From contig JASTWF010000365.1 in NCBI GenBank assembly GCA_030390025.1, positions 186,001-250,000 of the forward strand: a DNA stretch of 64,000 nt, read 5' to 3'. Numbering within the stretch: position 1 is the stretch's first letter; each line of letters opens with the position of its first letter. Below are positions 53,201-64,000 of the stretch, in pieces. The stretch comes from Squalus acanthias (lineage: Eukaryota). The notes beneath the pieces were generated by a model. That model was not told where the DNA came from and ran no database searches. It was given only the letters and a program-made list of their open reading frames with translations. The translations under genes were made by a program, and so were the position numbers.

Positions 53201-56200
53201 AAGAGAGAGACACAGATACAGAAAGAGAGAGAGACAGATACAGAAAGAGAGAGAGAGACAGATACAGAAAGAGAGAGAGACAGATACAGAAAGAGAGAGA
53301 CACAGATACAGAAAGAGAGAGAGACAGATACAGAAAGAGGGAGAGACAGATACAGAAAGAGAGAGAGAGACAGATACAGAGAGAGAGACAGATACAGAAA
53401 GAGAGAGAGAGACAGATACAGAAAGAGAGAGAGACAGATACAGAAAGAGAGAGAGAGAGAGATACAGAAAGAGAGAGACAGATACAGAAAGAGAGAGACA
53501 GATACAGAAAGAGAGAGAAACAGATACAGAAAGAGAGAGAGACAGACACAGAATGAGTGGGAGATAGATTCAGAAAGGGAGAGAGAGATACAGAAAGAGA
53601 GAGAGAGAGACAGATACAGAGAGAGACATTTATAGAAAGAGAGAGAGGCAGATACAGAAAGAGAGAGAGAGACAGATACAGAAAGAGAGCGAGGGACAGA
53701 TACAGAAAGAGAGAGAGACAGATACAGAAAGAGAGAGAGACAGATACAGAAAGGGAGAGAGAGATACAGAAAGAGAGAGAGAGAGACAGATACAGAGACA
53801 AAAAGATACAGAAATAGAGAGAGACAGATACAGAAAGTGAGAGACAGATACAGAAAGAGAGAGAGACACAGATACAGAAAGAGAGAGATACAGAAAGAGA
53901 GAGACGGATACAGAAAGAGAGAGAGACTGATACAGAAAGAGAGAGAGAGACAGATACAGAAATAGAGAGAGAGACAGATACAGAAAGAGAGAGAGACAGA
54001 TACAGAAAGAGAGAGACACAGATACAGAAAGAGAGAGAGATAGATACAGAAAGAGAGAGAGAGACAGATACAGAAAGAGAGAGAGACAGATACAGAAAGA
54101 GAGAGACACAGATACAGAAAGAGAGAGAGACAGATACAGAAAGAGAGAGAGAGACAGATACAGAAAGAGAGAGAGACAGATACAGAAAGAGAGACACACA
54201 GATACAGAAAGAGAGAGAGACAGATACAGAAAGAGGGAGAGACAGATACAGAAAGAGAGAGAGAGACAGATACAGAGAGAGAGACAGATACAGAAAGAGA
54301 GAGAGAGACAGATACAGAAAGAGAGAGAGAGCGACAGATACAGAAATAGAGCGAGGGACAGACACAGAAAGAGAGAGAGACAGATACAGAAAGAGAGAGA
54401 GACAGATACAGAAAGAGAGAGAGAGACAGAGACAGAAAGAGAGAGAGAGACAGATACAGAAAGGGAGAGAGAGATACAGAAAGAGAGAGAGAGAGACAGA
54501 TACAGAGACAAAAAGATACAGAAATAGAGAGAGACAGATACAGAAAGAGAGAGACACAGATACAGAAAGAGAGAGATACAGAAAGAGAGAGACGGATACA
54601 GAAAGAGAGAGAGAGACAGATACAGAAAGAGAGAGAGAGACAGATACAGAAAGAGAGAGAGAGACAGATACAGAAAGAGAGAGAGACACAGATACAGAAA
54701 GAGAGAGAGACACAGATACAGAAAGAGAGAGAGAGACACAGATACAGAAAGAGAGAGAGAGATACAGAAAGAGAGCGAGACAGATACAGAAAGAAAGAGA
54801 GACACAGATACAGAAAGAGAGAGAGAGAGATACAGATAGAGAGAGAGACAGAGACAGAAAGAGAGAGGCAGATACAGAAAGAGAGACACAGATACAGAAA
54901 GAGAGAGAGACAGATGCAGAAAGAGAGAGAGACAGAGACAGAAAGAGAGAGGCAGATACAGAAAGAGAGACACAGATACAGAAAGAGAGAGAGACAGATA
55001 CAGAAAGAGAGAGACACAGATACAGAAAGAGAGAGAGATAGATACAGAAAGAGAGAGAGACAGATACAGAAAGAGAGAGAGACAGATACAGAAAGAGAGA
55101 GACACAGATACAGAAAGAGAGAGAGACAGATACAGAAAGAGAGAGAGAGACAGATACAGAAAGAGAGAGAGACAGATACAGAAAGAGAGAGACACAGATA
55201 CAGAAAGAGAGAGAGACAGATACAGAAAGAGGGAGAGACAGATACAGAAAGAGAGAGAGAGACAGATACAGAGAGAGAGACAGATACAGAAAGAGAGAGA
55301 GAGACAGATACAGAAAGAGAGAGAGACAGATACAGAAAGAGAGAGAGAGAGAGATACAGAAAGAGAGAGACAGATACAGAAAGAGAGAGACAGATACAGA
55401 AGAGAGAGAAACAGATACAGAAAGAGAGAGAGACAGACACAGAATGAGTGGGAGATAGATTCAGAAAGGGAGAGAGAGATACAGAAAGAGAGAGAGAGAG
55501 ACAGATACAGAGAGAGACATTTATAGAAAGAGAGAGAGGCAGATACAGAAAGAGAGAGAGAGACAGATACAGAAAGAGAGCGAGGGACAGATACAGAAAG
55601 AGAGAGAGACAGATACGGAAAGAGAGAGAGACAGATACAGAAAGGGAGAGAGAGATACAGAAAGAGAGAGAGAGAGACAGATACAGAGACAAAAAGATAC
55701 AGAAATAGAGAGAGACAGATACAGAAAGTGAGAGACAGATACAGAAAGAGAGAGAGACACAGATACAGAAAGAGAGAGATACAGAAAGAGAGAGACGGAT
55801 ACAGAAAGAGAGAGACTGATACAGAAAGAGAGAGAGAGACAGATACAGAAATAGAGAGAGAGACAGATACAGAAAGAGAGAGAGAGCGACAGATACAGAA
55901 AGAGAGCGAGGGACAGACACAGAAAGAGAGAGAGACAGATACAGAAAGAGAGAGAGACAGATACAGAAAGAGAGAGAGAGACAGAGACAGAACGAGAGAG
56001 AGACAGTTACAGAAAGAGAGAGACAGATACAGAAAGGGAGAGAGAGATACAGAAAGAGAGAGAGAGAGACAGATACAGAGACAAAAAGATACAGAAATAG
56101 AGAGAGACAGATACAGAAAGAGAGAGACACAGATACAGAAAGAGAGAGATACAGAAAGAGAGAGACGGATACAGAAAGAGAGAGAGACTGATACAGAAAG

Positions 56201-59200
56201 AGAGAGAGAGACAGATACAGAAAGAGAGAGAGAGACAGATACAGAAAGAGAGAGAGAGACAGATACAGAAAGAGAGAGAGAGACAGATACAGAAAGAGAG
56301 AGAGAGACAGATACAGAAAGAGAGAGAGAGACAGATACAGAAAGAGAGAGAGAGTGACAGATACAGAAAGAGAGCGAGGGACAGACACAGAAAGAGAGAG
56401 AGACAGATACAGAAAGAGAGAGAGACAGATACAGAAAGAGAGAGAGAGATAGAGACAGAAAGAGAGAGAGACAGATACAGAAAGAGAGAGAGAGACAGAT
56501 ACAGAAAGAGAGAGACAGATACAGAAAGTGAGAGAGAGACAGATACAGAAAGAGAGAGAGAGACAGATACAGAAAGAAAGACAGATACAGAAAGAGCGAG
56601 AGAGAGATACAGAAAGCGAGAGAGACAGATACAGAAAGAGAGAGACAGATACAGAAAGAGAGAGAAACAGATACAGAAAGAGAGAGAGAGATACAGAAAG
56701 AGAGAGAGAGAGACAGATACAGAGAGAAAAAGATACAGAAATAGAGAGAGACAGATACAGAAAGAGAGCGAGACAGATACAGAAAGAGAGAAAGACACAG
56801 ATACAGAAAGAGAGAGATACAGAAAGAGAGAGACGGATACAGAAAGAGAGAGAGACTGATACAGAAAGAGAGAGAGAGACAGATACAGAAAGAGAGAGAG
56901 AGAGACAGATACAGAAAGAGAGAGAGAGACAGATACAGAAAGAGAGAGAGAGAGACAGATACAGAAAGAGAGAGAGAGACAGATACAGAAAGAGAGAGAC
57001 AGACAGATACAAAAAGAGAGAGAGAGACAGATACAGAAAGAGAGAGAGAGCGACAGATACAGAAAGAGAGAGAGACAGATACAGAAAGAGAGAGAGACAG
57101 ATACAGAAAGGGAGAGAGAGAGACAAATACAGAAAGAGAGAGAGACAGATACAGAGAGAGACACAGATACAGAAAGAGAGAGAGAGACAGATACAGAAAG
57201 AGAGAGACAGATACAGAAAGAAAGAGAGACAGATACAGAAAGTGAGAGAGAGAGAGATACAGAAAGCGAGAGAGACAGATACAGAAAGAGAGAGACAGAT
57301 ACAGAAAGAGAGAGAAACAGATACAGAAAGAGAGAGAGACAGATACAGAAAGAGCGGGAGATAGATTCAGAAAGGGAGAGAGAGATACAGAAAGATAGAG
57401 AGAGACAGATACAGAGAGAGAGAGAGAGACAGATACAGAAAGAGAGAGAGACAGATACAGAAAGAGAGCGAGGGACAGATACAGAGAGAGAGACAGATAC
57501 AGCAAGAGAGAGAAAGATACAGAAAGAGAGAGAGAGACAGATACAGAAAGAGAGAGACAGATACAGAAAGAGAGAGAAACAGATACAGAAAGAGAGAGAC
57601 AGATACAGAAAGAGAGAGATACAGATATAGAAAGAGAGAGAGACACAGATACAGAAAGAGAGAGAGAGATACAGTAAGAGAGCGAGACAGATACAGAAAG
57701 AAAGAGAGACACAGATACAGAAAGAGAGAGAGAGAGATACAGATAGAGAGAGAGACAGAGACAGAAAGAGAGAGGCAGATACAGAAAGAGAGACACAGAT
57801 ACAGAAAGAGAGAGAGACAGATACAGAAAGAGAGAGAGACAGAGACAGAAAGAGAGAGGCAGATACAGAAAGAGAGACACAGATACAGAAAGAGAGAGAG
57901 ACAGATACAGAAAGAGAGAGACACAGATACAGAAAGAGAGAGAGATAGATACAGAAAGAGAGAGAGACAGATACAGAAAGAGAGAGAGACAGATACAGAA
58001 AGAGAGAGACACAGATACAGAAAGAGAGAGAGACAGATACAGAAAGAGAGAGAGAGACAGATACAGAAAGAGAGAGAGACAGATACAGAAAGAGAGAGAC
58101 ACAGATACAGAAAGAGAGAGAGACAGATACAGAAAGAGGGAGAGACAGATACAGAAAGAGAGAGAGAGACAGATACAGAGAGAGAGACAGATACAGAAAG
58201 AGAGAGAGAGACAGATACAGAAAGAGAGAGAGACAGATACAGAAAGAGAGAGAGAGAGAGATACAGAAAGAGAGAGACAGATACAGAAAGAGAGAGACAG
58301 ATACAGAAAGAGAGAGAAACAGATACAGAAAGAGAGAGAGACAGACACAGAATGAGTGGGAGATAGATTCAGAAAGGGAGAGAGAGATACAGAAAGAGAG
58401 AGAGAGAGACAGATACAGAGAGAGACATTTATAGAAAGAGAGAGAGGCAGATACAGAAAGAGAGAGAGAGACAGATACAGAAAGAGAGCGAGGGACAGAT
58501 ACAGAAAGAGAGAGAGACAGATACAGAAAGAGAGAGAGACAGATACAGAAAGGGAGAGAGAGATACAGAAAGAGAGAGAGAGAGACAGATACAGAGACAA
58601 AAAGATACAGAAATAGAGAGAGACAGATACAGAAAGTGAGAGACAGATACAGAACGAGAGAGAGACACAGATACAGAAAGAGAGAGATACAGAAAGAGAG
58701 AGACGGATACAGAAAGAGAGAGAGACTGATACAGAAAGAGAGAGAGAGACAGATACAGAAAGAGAGAGAGAGCGACAGATACAGAAAGAGAGCGAGGGAC
58801 AGACACAGAAAGAGAGAGAGACAGATACAGAAAGAGAGAGAGACAGATACAGAAAGAGAGAGAGAGACAGAGACAGAAAGAGAGAGAGACAGTTACAGAA
58901 AGAGAGAGACAGATACAGAAAGGGAGAGAGAGATACAGAAAGAGAGAGAGAGAGACAGATACAGAGACAAAAAGATACAGAAATAGAGAGAGACAGATAC
59001 AGAAAGAGAGAGACACAGATACAGAAAGAGAGAGATACAGAAAGAGAGAGACGGATACAGAAAGAGAGAGAGACTGATACAGAAAGAGAGAGAGAGACAG
59101 ATACAGAAAGAGAGAGAGATACAGATACAGAAAGAGAGAGAGAGACAGATACAGAAAGAGAGAGAGAGACAGATACAGAAAGAGAGAGAGAGACAGATAC

Positions 59201-59300
59201 AGAAAGAGAGAGAGAGACAGATACAGAAAGAGAGAGAGAGTGACAGATACAGAAAGAGAGCGAGGGACAGACACAGAAAGAGAGAGAGACAGATACAGAA
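44200..59300 (+). repeat. Duplication at ~8.43-kb offset: ~44.2-50.9 kb recurs at ~52.65-59.3 kb
   Basis: Offsets are 8431-8435 for CAGCAAG (44270/52701, 49069/57500), GTGGGAGATAG (45126/53557, 47015/55448, 49921/58356), GATGCAG (ATG 46481/54914), CAGTAAG (49241/57672) and a shared 1-bp deletion CAGAAGAG (~46968/~55400). Confidence 0.88.
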
Positions 59301-59599
59301 AGAGAGAGAGACAGATACAGAAAGAGAGAGAGAGATAGAGACAGAAAGAGAGAGAGACAGATACAGAAAGAGAGAGAGAGACAGATACAGAAAGAGAGAG
59401 ACAGATACAGAAAGTGAGAGAGAGGCAGATACAGAAAGAGAGAGAGAGACAGATACAGAAAGAAAGACAGATACAGAAAGAGCGAGAGAGAGATACAGAA
59501 AGCGAGAGAGACAGATACAGAAAGAGAGAGACAGATACAGAAAGAGAGAGAAACAGATACAGAAAGAGAGAGAGACAGGTACAGAAAGAGAGAGAGAGA

Positions 59600-62500
59600 C
59601 AGATACAGAAAGGGAGAGAGAGATACAGAAAGAGAGAGAGAGAGACAGATACAGAGACAAAAAGATACAGAAATAGAGAGAGACAGATACAGAAAGTGAG
59701 AGACAGATACAGAAAGAGAGAGAGACACAGATACAGAAAGAGAGAGATACAGAAAGAGCGAGACGGATACAGAAAGAGAGAGAGACTGATACAGATAGAG
59801 AGAGAGAGACGGATACAGAAAGAGAGAGAGAGACAGATACAGAAAGAGAGACAGAGACAGATACAGAAAGAGAGAGAGAGACAGATACAGAAAGAGAGAG
59901 AGAGACAGATACAGAAAGAGAGAGAGAGCGACAGATACAGAAAGAGAGCGAGGGACAGACGCAGAAAGAGAGAGAGACAGATACAGAAAGAGAGAGAGAC
60001 AGATACAGAAAGAGAGAGAGAGACAGAGACAGAAAGAGAGAGAGACAGATACAGAAAGGGAGAGAGAGATACAGAAAGAGAGAGAGAGAGACAGATACAG
60101 AGACAAAAAGATACAGAAATAGAGAGAGACAGATACAGAAAGAGAGAGACACAGATACAGAAAGAGGGAGATACAGAAAGAGAGAGACGGATACAGAAAG
60201 AGAGAGAGAGACAGATACAGAAAGAGAGAGAGAGACAGATACAGAAAGAGAGAGAGAGACAGATACAGAAAGAGAGAGAGACACAGATACAGAAAGAGAG
60301 AGAGACACAGATACAGAAAGAGAGAGACAGAGATACAGAAAGAGAGCGAGACAGATACAGAAAGAAAGAGAGACACAGATACAGAAAGAGAGAGAGAGAG
60401 ATACAGAAAGAGAGAGAGACAGAGACAGAAAGAGAGAGGCAGATACAGAAAGAGAGACACAGATACAGAAAGAGAGAGAGACAGATACAGAAAGAGAGAA
60501 AGACAGAGACAGAAAGAGAGAGGCAGATACAGAAAGAGAGACACAGATACAGAAAGAGAGAGAGACAGATACAGAAAGAGAGAGACACAGATACAGAAAG
60601 AGAGAGAGATAGATACAGAAAGAGAGAGAGAGACAGATACAGAAAGAGAGAGAGACAGATACAGAAAGAGAGAGACACAGATACAGAAAGAGAGAGAGAC
60701 AGATACAGAAAGAGAGAGAGAGACAGATACAGAAAGAGAGAGAGACAGATACAGAAAGAGAGACACACAGATACAGAAAGAGAGAGAGACAGATACAGAA
60801 AGAGGGAGAGACAGATACAGAAAGAGAGAGAGAGACAGATACAGAGAGAGAGACAGATACAGAAAGAGAGAGAGAGAGACAGATACAGAAAGAGAGAGAG
60901 AGCGACAGATACAGAAATAGAGCGAGGGACAGACACAGAAAGAGAGAGAGACAGATACAGAAAGAGAGAGAGACAGATACAGAAAGAGAGAGAGAGACAG
61001 AGACAGAAAGAGAGAGAGACAGATACAGAAAGGGAGAGAGAGATACAGAAAGAGAGAGAGAGAGACAGATACAGAGACAAAAAGATACAGAAATAGAGAG
61101 AGACAGATACAGAAAGAGAGAGACACAGATACAGAAAGAGAGAGATACAGAAAGAGAGAGACAGATACAGAAAGAGAGAGAGAGACAGATACAGAAAGAG
61201 AGAGAGAGACAGATACAGAAAGAGAGATAGAGACAGATACAGAAAGAGAGAGAGACACAGATACAGAAAGAGAGAGAGACACAGATACAGAAAGAGAGAG
61301 AGAGACACAGATACAGAAAGAGAGAGAGAGATACAGAAAGAGAGCGAGACAGATACAGAAAGAAAGAGAGACACAGATACAGAAAGAGAGAGAGAGAGAT
61401 ACAGATAGAGAGAGAGACAGCGACAGAAAGAGAGAGGCAGATACAGAAAGAGAGACACAGATACAGAAAGAGAGAGAGACAGATACAGAAAGAGAGAGAG
61501 ACAGAGACAGAAAGAGAGAGGCAGATACAGAAAGAGAGACACAGATACAGAAAGAGAGAGAGACAGATACAGAAAGAGAGAGACACAGATACAGAAAGAG
61601 AGAGAGATAGATACAGAAAGAGAGAGAGACAGATACAGAAAGAGAGAGAGACAGATACAGAAAGAGAGAGACACAGATACAGAAAGAGAGAGAGACAGAT
61701 ACAGAAAGAGAGAGAGAGACAGATACAGAAAGAGAGAGAGACAGATACAGAAAGAGAGAGACACAGATACAGAAAGAGAGAGACAGATACAGAAAGAGGG
61801 AGAGACAGATACAGAAAGAGAGAGAGAGACAGATACAGAGAGAGAGACAGATACAGAAAGAGAGAGAGAGACAGATACAGAAAGAGAGAGAGACAGATAC
61901 AGAAAGAGAGAGAGAGAGAGATACAGAAAGAGAGAGACAGATACAGAAAGAGAGAGACAGATACAGAAAGAGAGAGAAACAGATACAGAAAGAGAGAGAG
62001 ACAGACACAGAATGAGTGGGAGATAGATTCAGAAAGGGAGAGAGAGATACAGAAAGAGAGAGAGAGAGACAGATACAGAGAGAGACATTTATAGAAAGAG
62101 AGAGAGGCAGATACAGAAAGAGAGAGAGAGACAGATACAGAAAGAGAGCGAGGGACAGATACAGAAAGAGAGAGAGACAGATACAGAAAGAGAGAGAGAC
62201 AGATAAAGAAAGGGAGAGAGAGATACAGAAAGAGAGAGAGAGAGACAGATACAGAGACAAAAAGATACAGAAATAGAGAGAGACAGATACAGAAAGTGAG
62301 AGACAGATACAGAAAGAGAGAGAGACACAGATACAGAAAGAGAGAGATACAGAAAGAGAGAGACGGATACAGAAAGAGAGAGAGACTGATACAGAAAGAG
62401 AGAGAGAGACAGATACAGAAATAGAGAGAGAGACAGATACAGAAAGAGAGAGAGAGCGACAGATACAGAAAGAGAGCGAGGGACAGACACAGAAAGAGAG

Positions 62501-64000
62501 AGAGACAGATACAGAAAGAGAGAGAGACAGATACAGAAAGAGAGAGAGAGACAGAGACAGAAAGAGAGAGAGACAGTTACAGAAAGAGAGAGACAGATAC
62601 AGAAAGGGAGAGAGAGATACAGAAAGAGAGAGAGAGACAGATACAGAGACAAAAAGATACAGAAATAGAGAGAGACAGATACAGAAAGAGAGAGACACAG
62701 ATACAGAAAGAGAGAGATACAGAAAGAGAGAGACGGATACAGAAAGAGAGAGAGACTGATACAGAAAGAGAGAGAGAGACAGATACAGAAAGAGAGAGAG
62801 AGACAGATACAGAAAGAGAGAGAGAGACAGATACAGAAAGAGAGAGAGAGACAGATACAGAAAGAGAGAGAGAGACAGATACAGAAAGAGAGAGAGAGAC
62901 AGATACAGAAAGAGAGAGAGAGTGACAGATACAGAAAGAGAGCGAGGGACAGACACAGAAAGAGAGAGAGACAGATACAGAAAGAGAGAGAGACAGATAC
63001 AGAAAGAGAGAGAGAGATAGAGACAGAAAGAGAGAGAGACAGATACAGAAAGAGAGAGAGAGACAGATACAGAAAGAGAGAGACAGATACAGAAAGTGAG
63101 AGAGAGACAGATACAGAAAGAGAGAGAGAGACAGATACAGAAAGAAAGACAGATACAGAAAGAGCGGGAGAGAGATACAGAAAGCGAGAGAGACAGATAC
63201 AGAAAGAGAGAGACAGATACAGAAAGAGAGAGAAACAGATACAGAAAGAGAGAGAGACAGATACAGAAAGAGAGAGAGAGACAGATACAGAAAGGGAGAG
63301 AGAGATACAGAAAGAGAGAGAGAGAGACAGATACAGAGAGAAAAAGATACAGAAATAGAGAGAGACAGATACAGAAAGAGAGCGAGACAGATACAGAAAG
63401 AGAGAAAGACACAGATACAGAAAGAGAGAGATACAGAAAGAGAGAGACGGATACAGAAAGAGAGAGAGACTGATACAGAAAGAGAGAGAGAGACAGATAC
63501 AGAAAGAGAGAGAGAGAGACAGATACAGAAAGAGAGAGAGAGACAGATACAGAAAGAGAGAGAGAGAGACAGATACAGAAAGAGAGAGAGAGACAGATAC
63601 AGAAAGAGAGAGACAGACAGATACAAAAAGAGAGAGAGAGACAGATACAGAAAGAGAGAGAGAGCGACAGATACAGAAAGAGAGAGAGACAGATACAGAA
63701 AGAGAGAGAGACAGATACAGAAAGGGAGAGAGAGAGACAAATACAGAAAGAGAGAGAGACAGATACAGAGAGAGACACAGATACAGAAAGAGAGAGAGAG
63801 ACAGATACAGAAAGAGAGAGACAGATACAGAAAGAAAGAGAGACAGATACAGAAAGTGAGAGAGAGAGAGATACAGAAAGCGAGAGAGACAGATACAGAA
63901 AGAGAGAGACAGATACAGAAAGAGAGAGAAACAGATACAGAAAGAGAGAGAGACAGATACAGAAAGAGCGGGAGATAGATTCAGAAAGGGAGAGAGAGAT
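59600..64000 (+). repeat. Long-range copy of ~38.5-43.2 kb at an offset of ~20.8 kb
   Basis: Offsets are 20820-20822 for 41194/62016, 41755/62577, 42276/63096 and 43161/63981. The private variants ATAAAGAAAGGG (41381/62203) and GATAGAGACAGATAC (40403/61225) are shared. Confidence 0.85.

Larger units (their letters stand above)
1..64000 (+). repeat. GA-microsatellite-derived satellite/minisatellite array, monomer CAGATACAGAAA(GA)n (~18-26 bp, 22-bp consensus); extends beyond both window ends
   Basis: The core CAGATACAGAAA followed by a variable GA run recurs head-to-tail on essentially every line from 1 to 64000. No inversion (TC-rich stretch) and no unique sequence longer than ~60 bp is visible. 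Common variants include GACACAGATAC, GAGATAC (CA lost), GACGGATAC, GACAGAGAC and GGCAGATAC. Confidence 0.99.
38500..64000 (+). repeat. Domain C2: patchwork higher-order repeats with nested kb-scale duplications
   Basis: GTGGGAGATAGATTC occurs at 41194, 45126, 47015, 49921, 53557, 55448, 58356 and 62016. C2 markers include GACAGTTACAG (TTA at 41755, 47574, 50458, 51230, 56007, 58893, 62577), GAGCGGGAGATAGATTC (TCA at 43161, 44139, 48936, 52636, 57367, 63981) and CAGCAAG (44270, 49069, 52701, 57500). Confidence 0.85.

Noticed and set aside
19613..62276. Recurrent 86-aa 'MGDRFRKG...' ORF looking like a multicopy small gene
   Set aside because: It starts at the GTG of the landmark word and recurs only because the HOR recurs. 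Its length changes with GA slippage (70, 103 and 398 aa versions exist).
499..63473. Plus-strand E/R/K-rich ORFs (ERETDTERER, RQIQKE, DRYRKR) resembling trichohyalin-like or coiled-coil proteins
   Set aside because: The three peptide motifs are the three frames of the same monomer and interchange whenever the GA count changes. This is a typical false gene prediction on GA-rich repeats.
53630..63778. Very long minus-strand ORFs (up to 3382 aa; S/L/F/C/V/Y-rich), and similar ones across the window
   Set aside because: They overlap in all three frames and simply translate the TC-rich strand. Stops are rare because the + strand almost lacks TTA, CTA and TCA. Monomer lengths vary by 2 bp with no codon preservation, most starts are GTG/TTG, and no domain is recognisable.
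1..64000. CRISPR-like repeat-spacer appearance (constant core plus variable linker)
   Set aside because: The core is only ~12 bp and the linkers are short GA runs rather than unique 25-45 bp spacers. There is no leader and no cas gene.
1..64000. Telomeric repeat, transposon termini, rRNA/tRNA or hairpin-forming RNA
   Set aside because: No TTAGGG-like unit, terminal inverted repeats, LTRs or RT/transposase coding sequence is present. The purine-rich strand has almost no self-complementarity.
1..64000. ~22-bp period as a nucleosome-positioning or DNA-bending signal (about two helical turns)
   Set aside because: The A-tracts are only 3 nt and the spacing wanders between ~18 and 26 bp, so helical phase is not maintained. 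It cannot be supported without MNase data.

Overview
The whole 64 kb window is one uninterrupted, single-orientation satellite array, apparently derived from a (GA)n microsatellite. I see no credible genes, RNA genes, mobile elements or CRISPR array. The monomer is CAGATACAGAAA(GA)n, typically 18-26 bp and varying in 2-bp steps. The 22-bp consensus GACAGATACAGAAAGAGAGAGA is 19/22 purine on the + strand, with A at almost every second base. Rare variant words reveal a layered higher-order architecture. Domain A (~0.9-16.5 kb) has six ~2.3-3.0 kb higher-order repeats (HORs). Domain B (~16.8-19.2 kb) is a 1.2-kb tandem duplication, with a third copy at ~23.8 kb behind the only irregular ~60-bp segment in the window. 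Domain C (~19.2-64 kb) has irregular multi-kb HORs, including a 978-bp tandem duplication, an ~8.43-kb duplication and an ~20.8-kb duplication. All ORFs in the track are low-complexity artefacts. The source is very probably eukaryotic, but the organism cannot be determined from this sequence. I found no novel protein-coding system; the interest lies in the array's structure and evolution. Domain boundaries were read by eye and are approximate.
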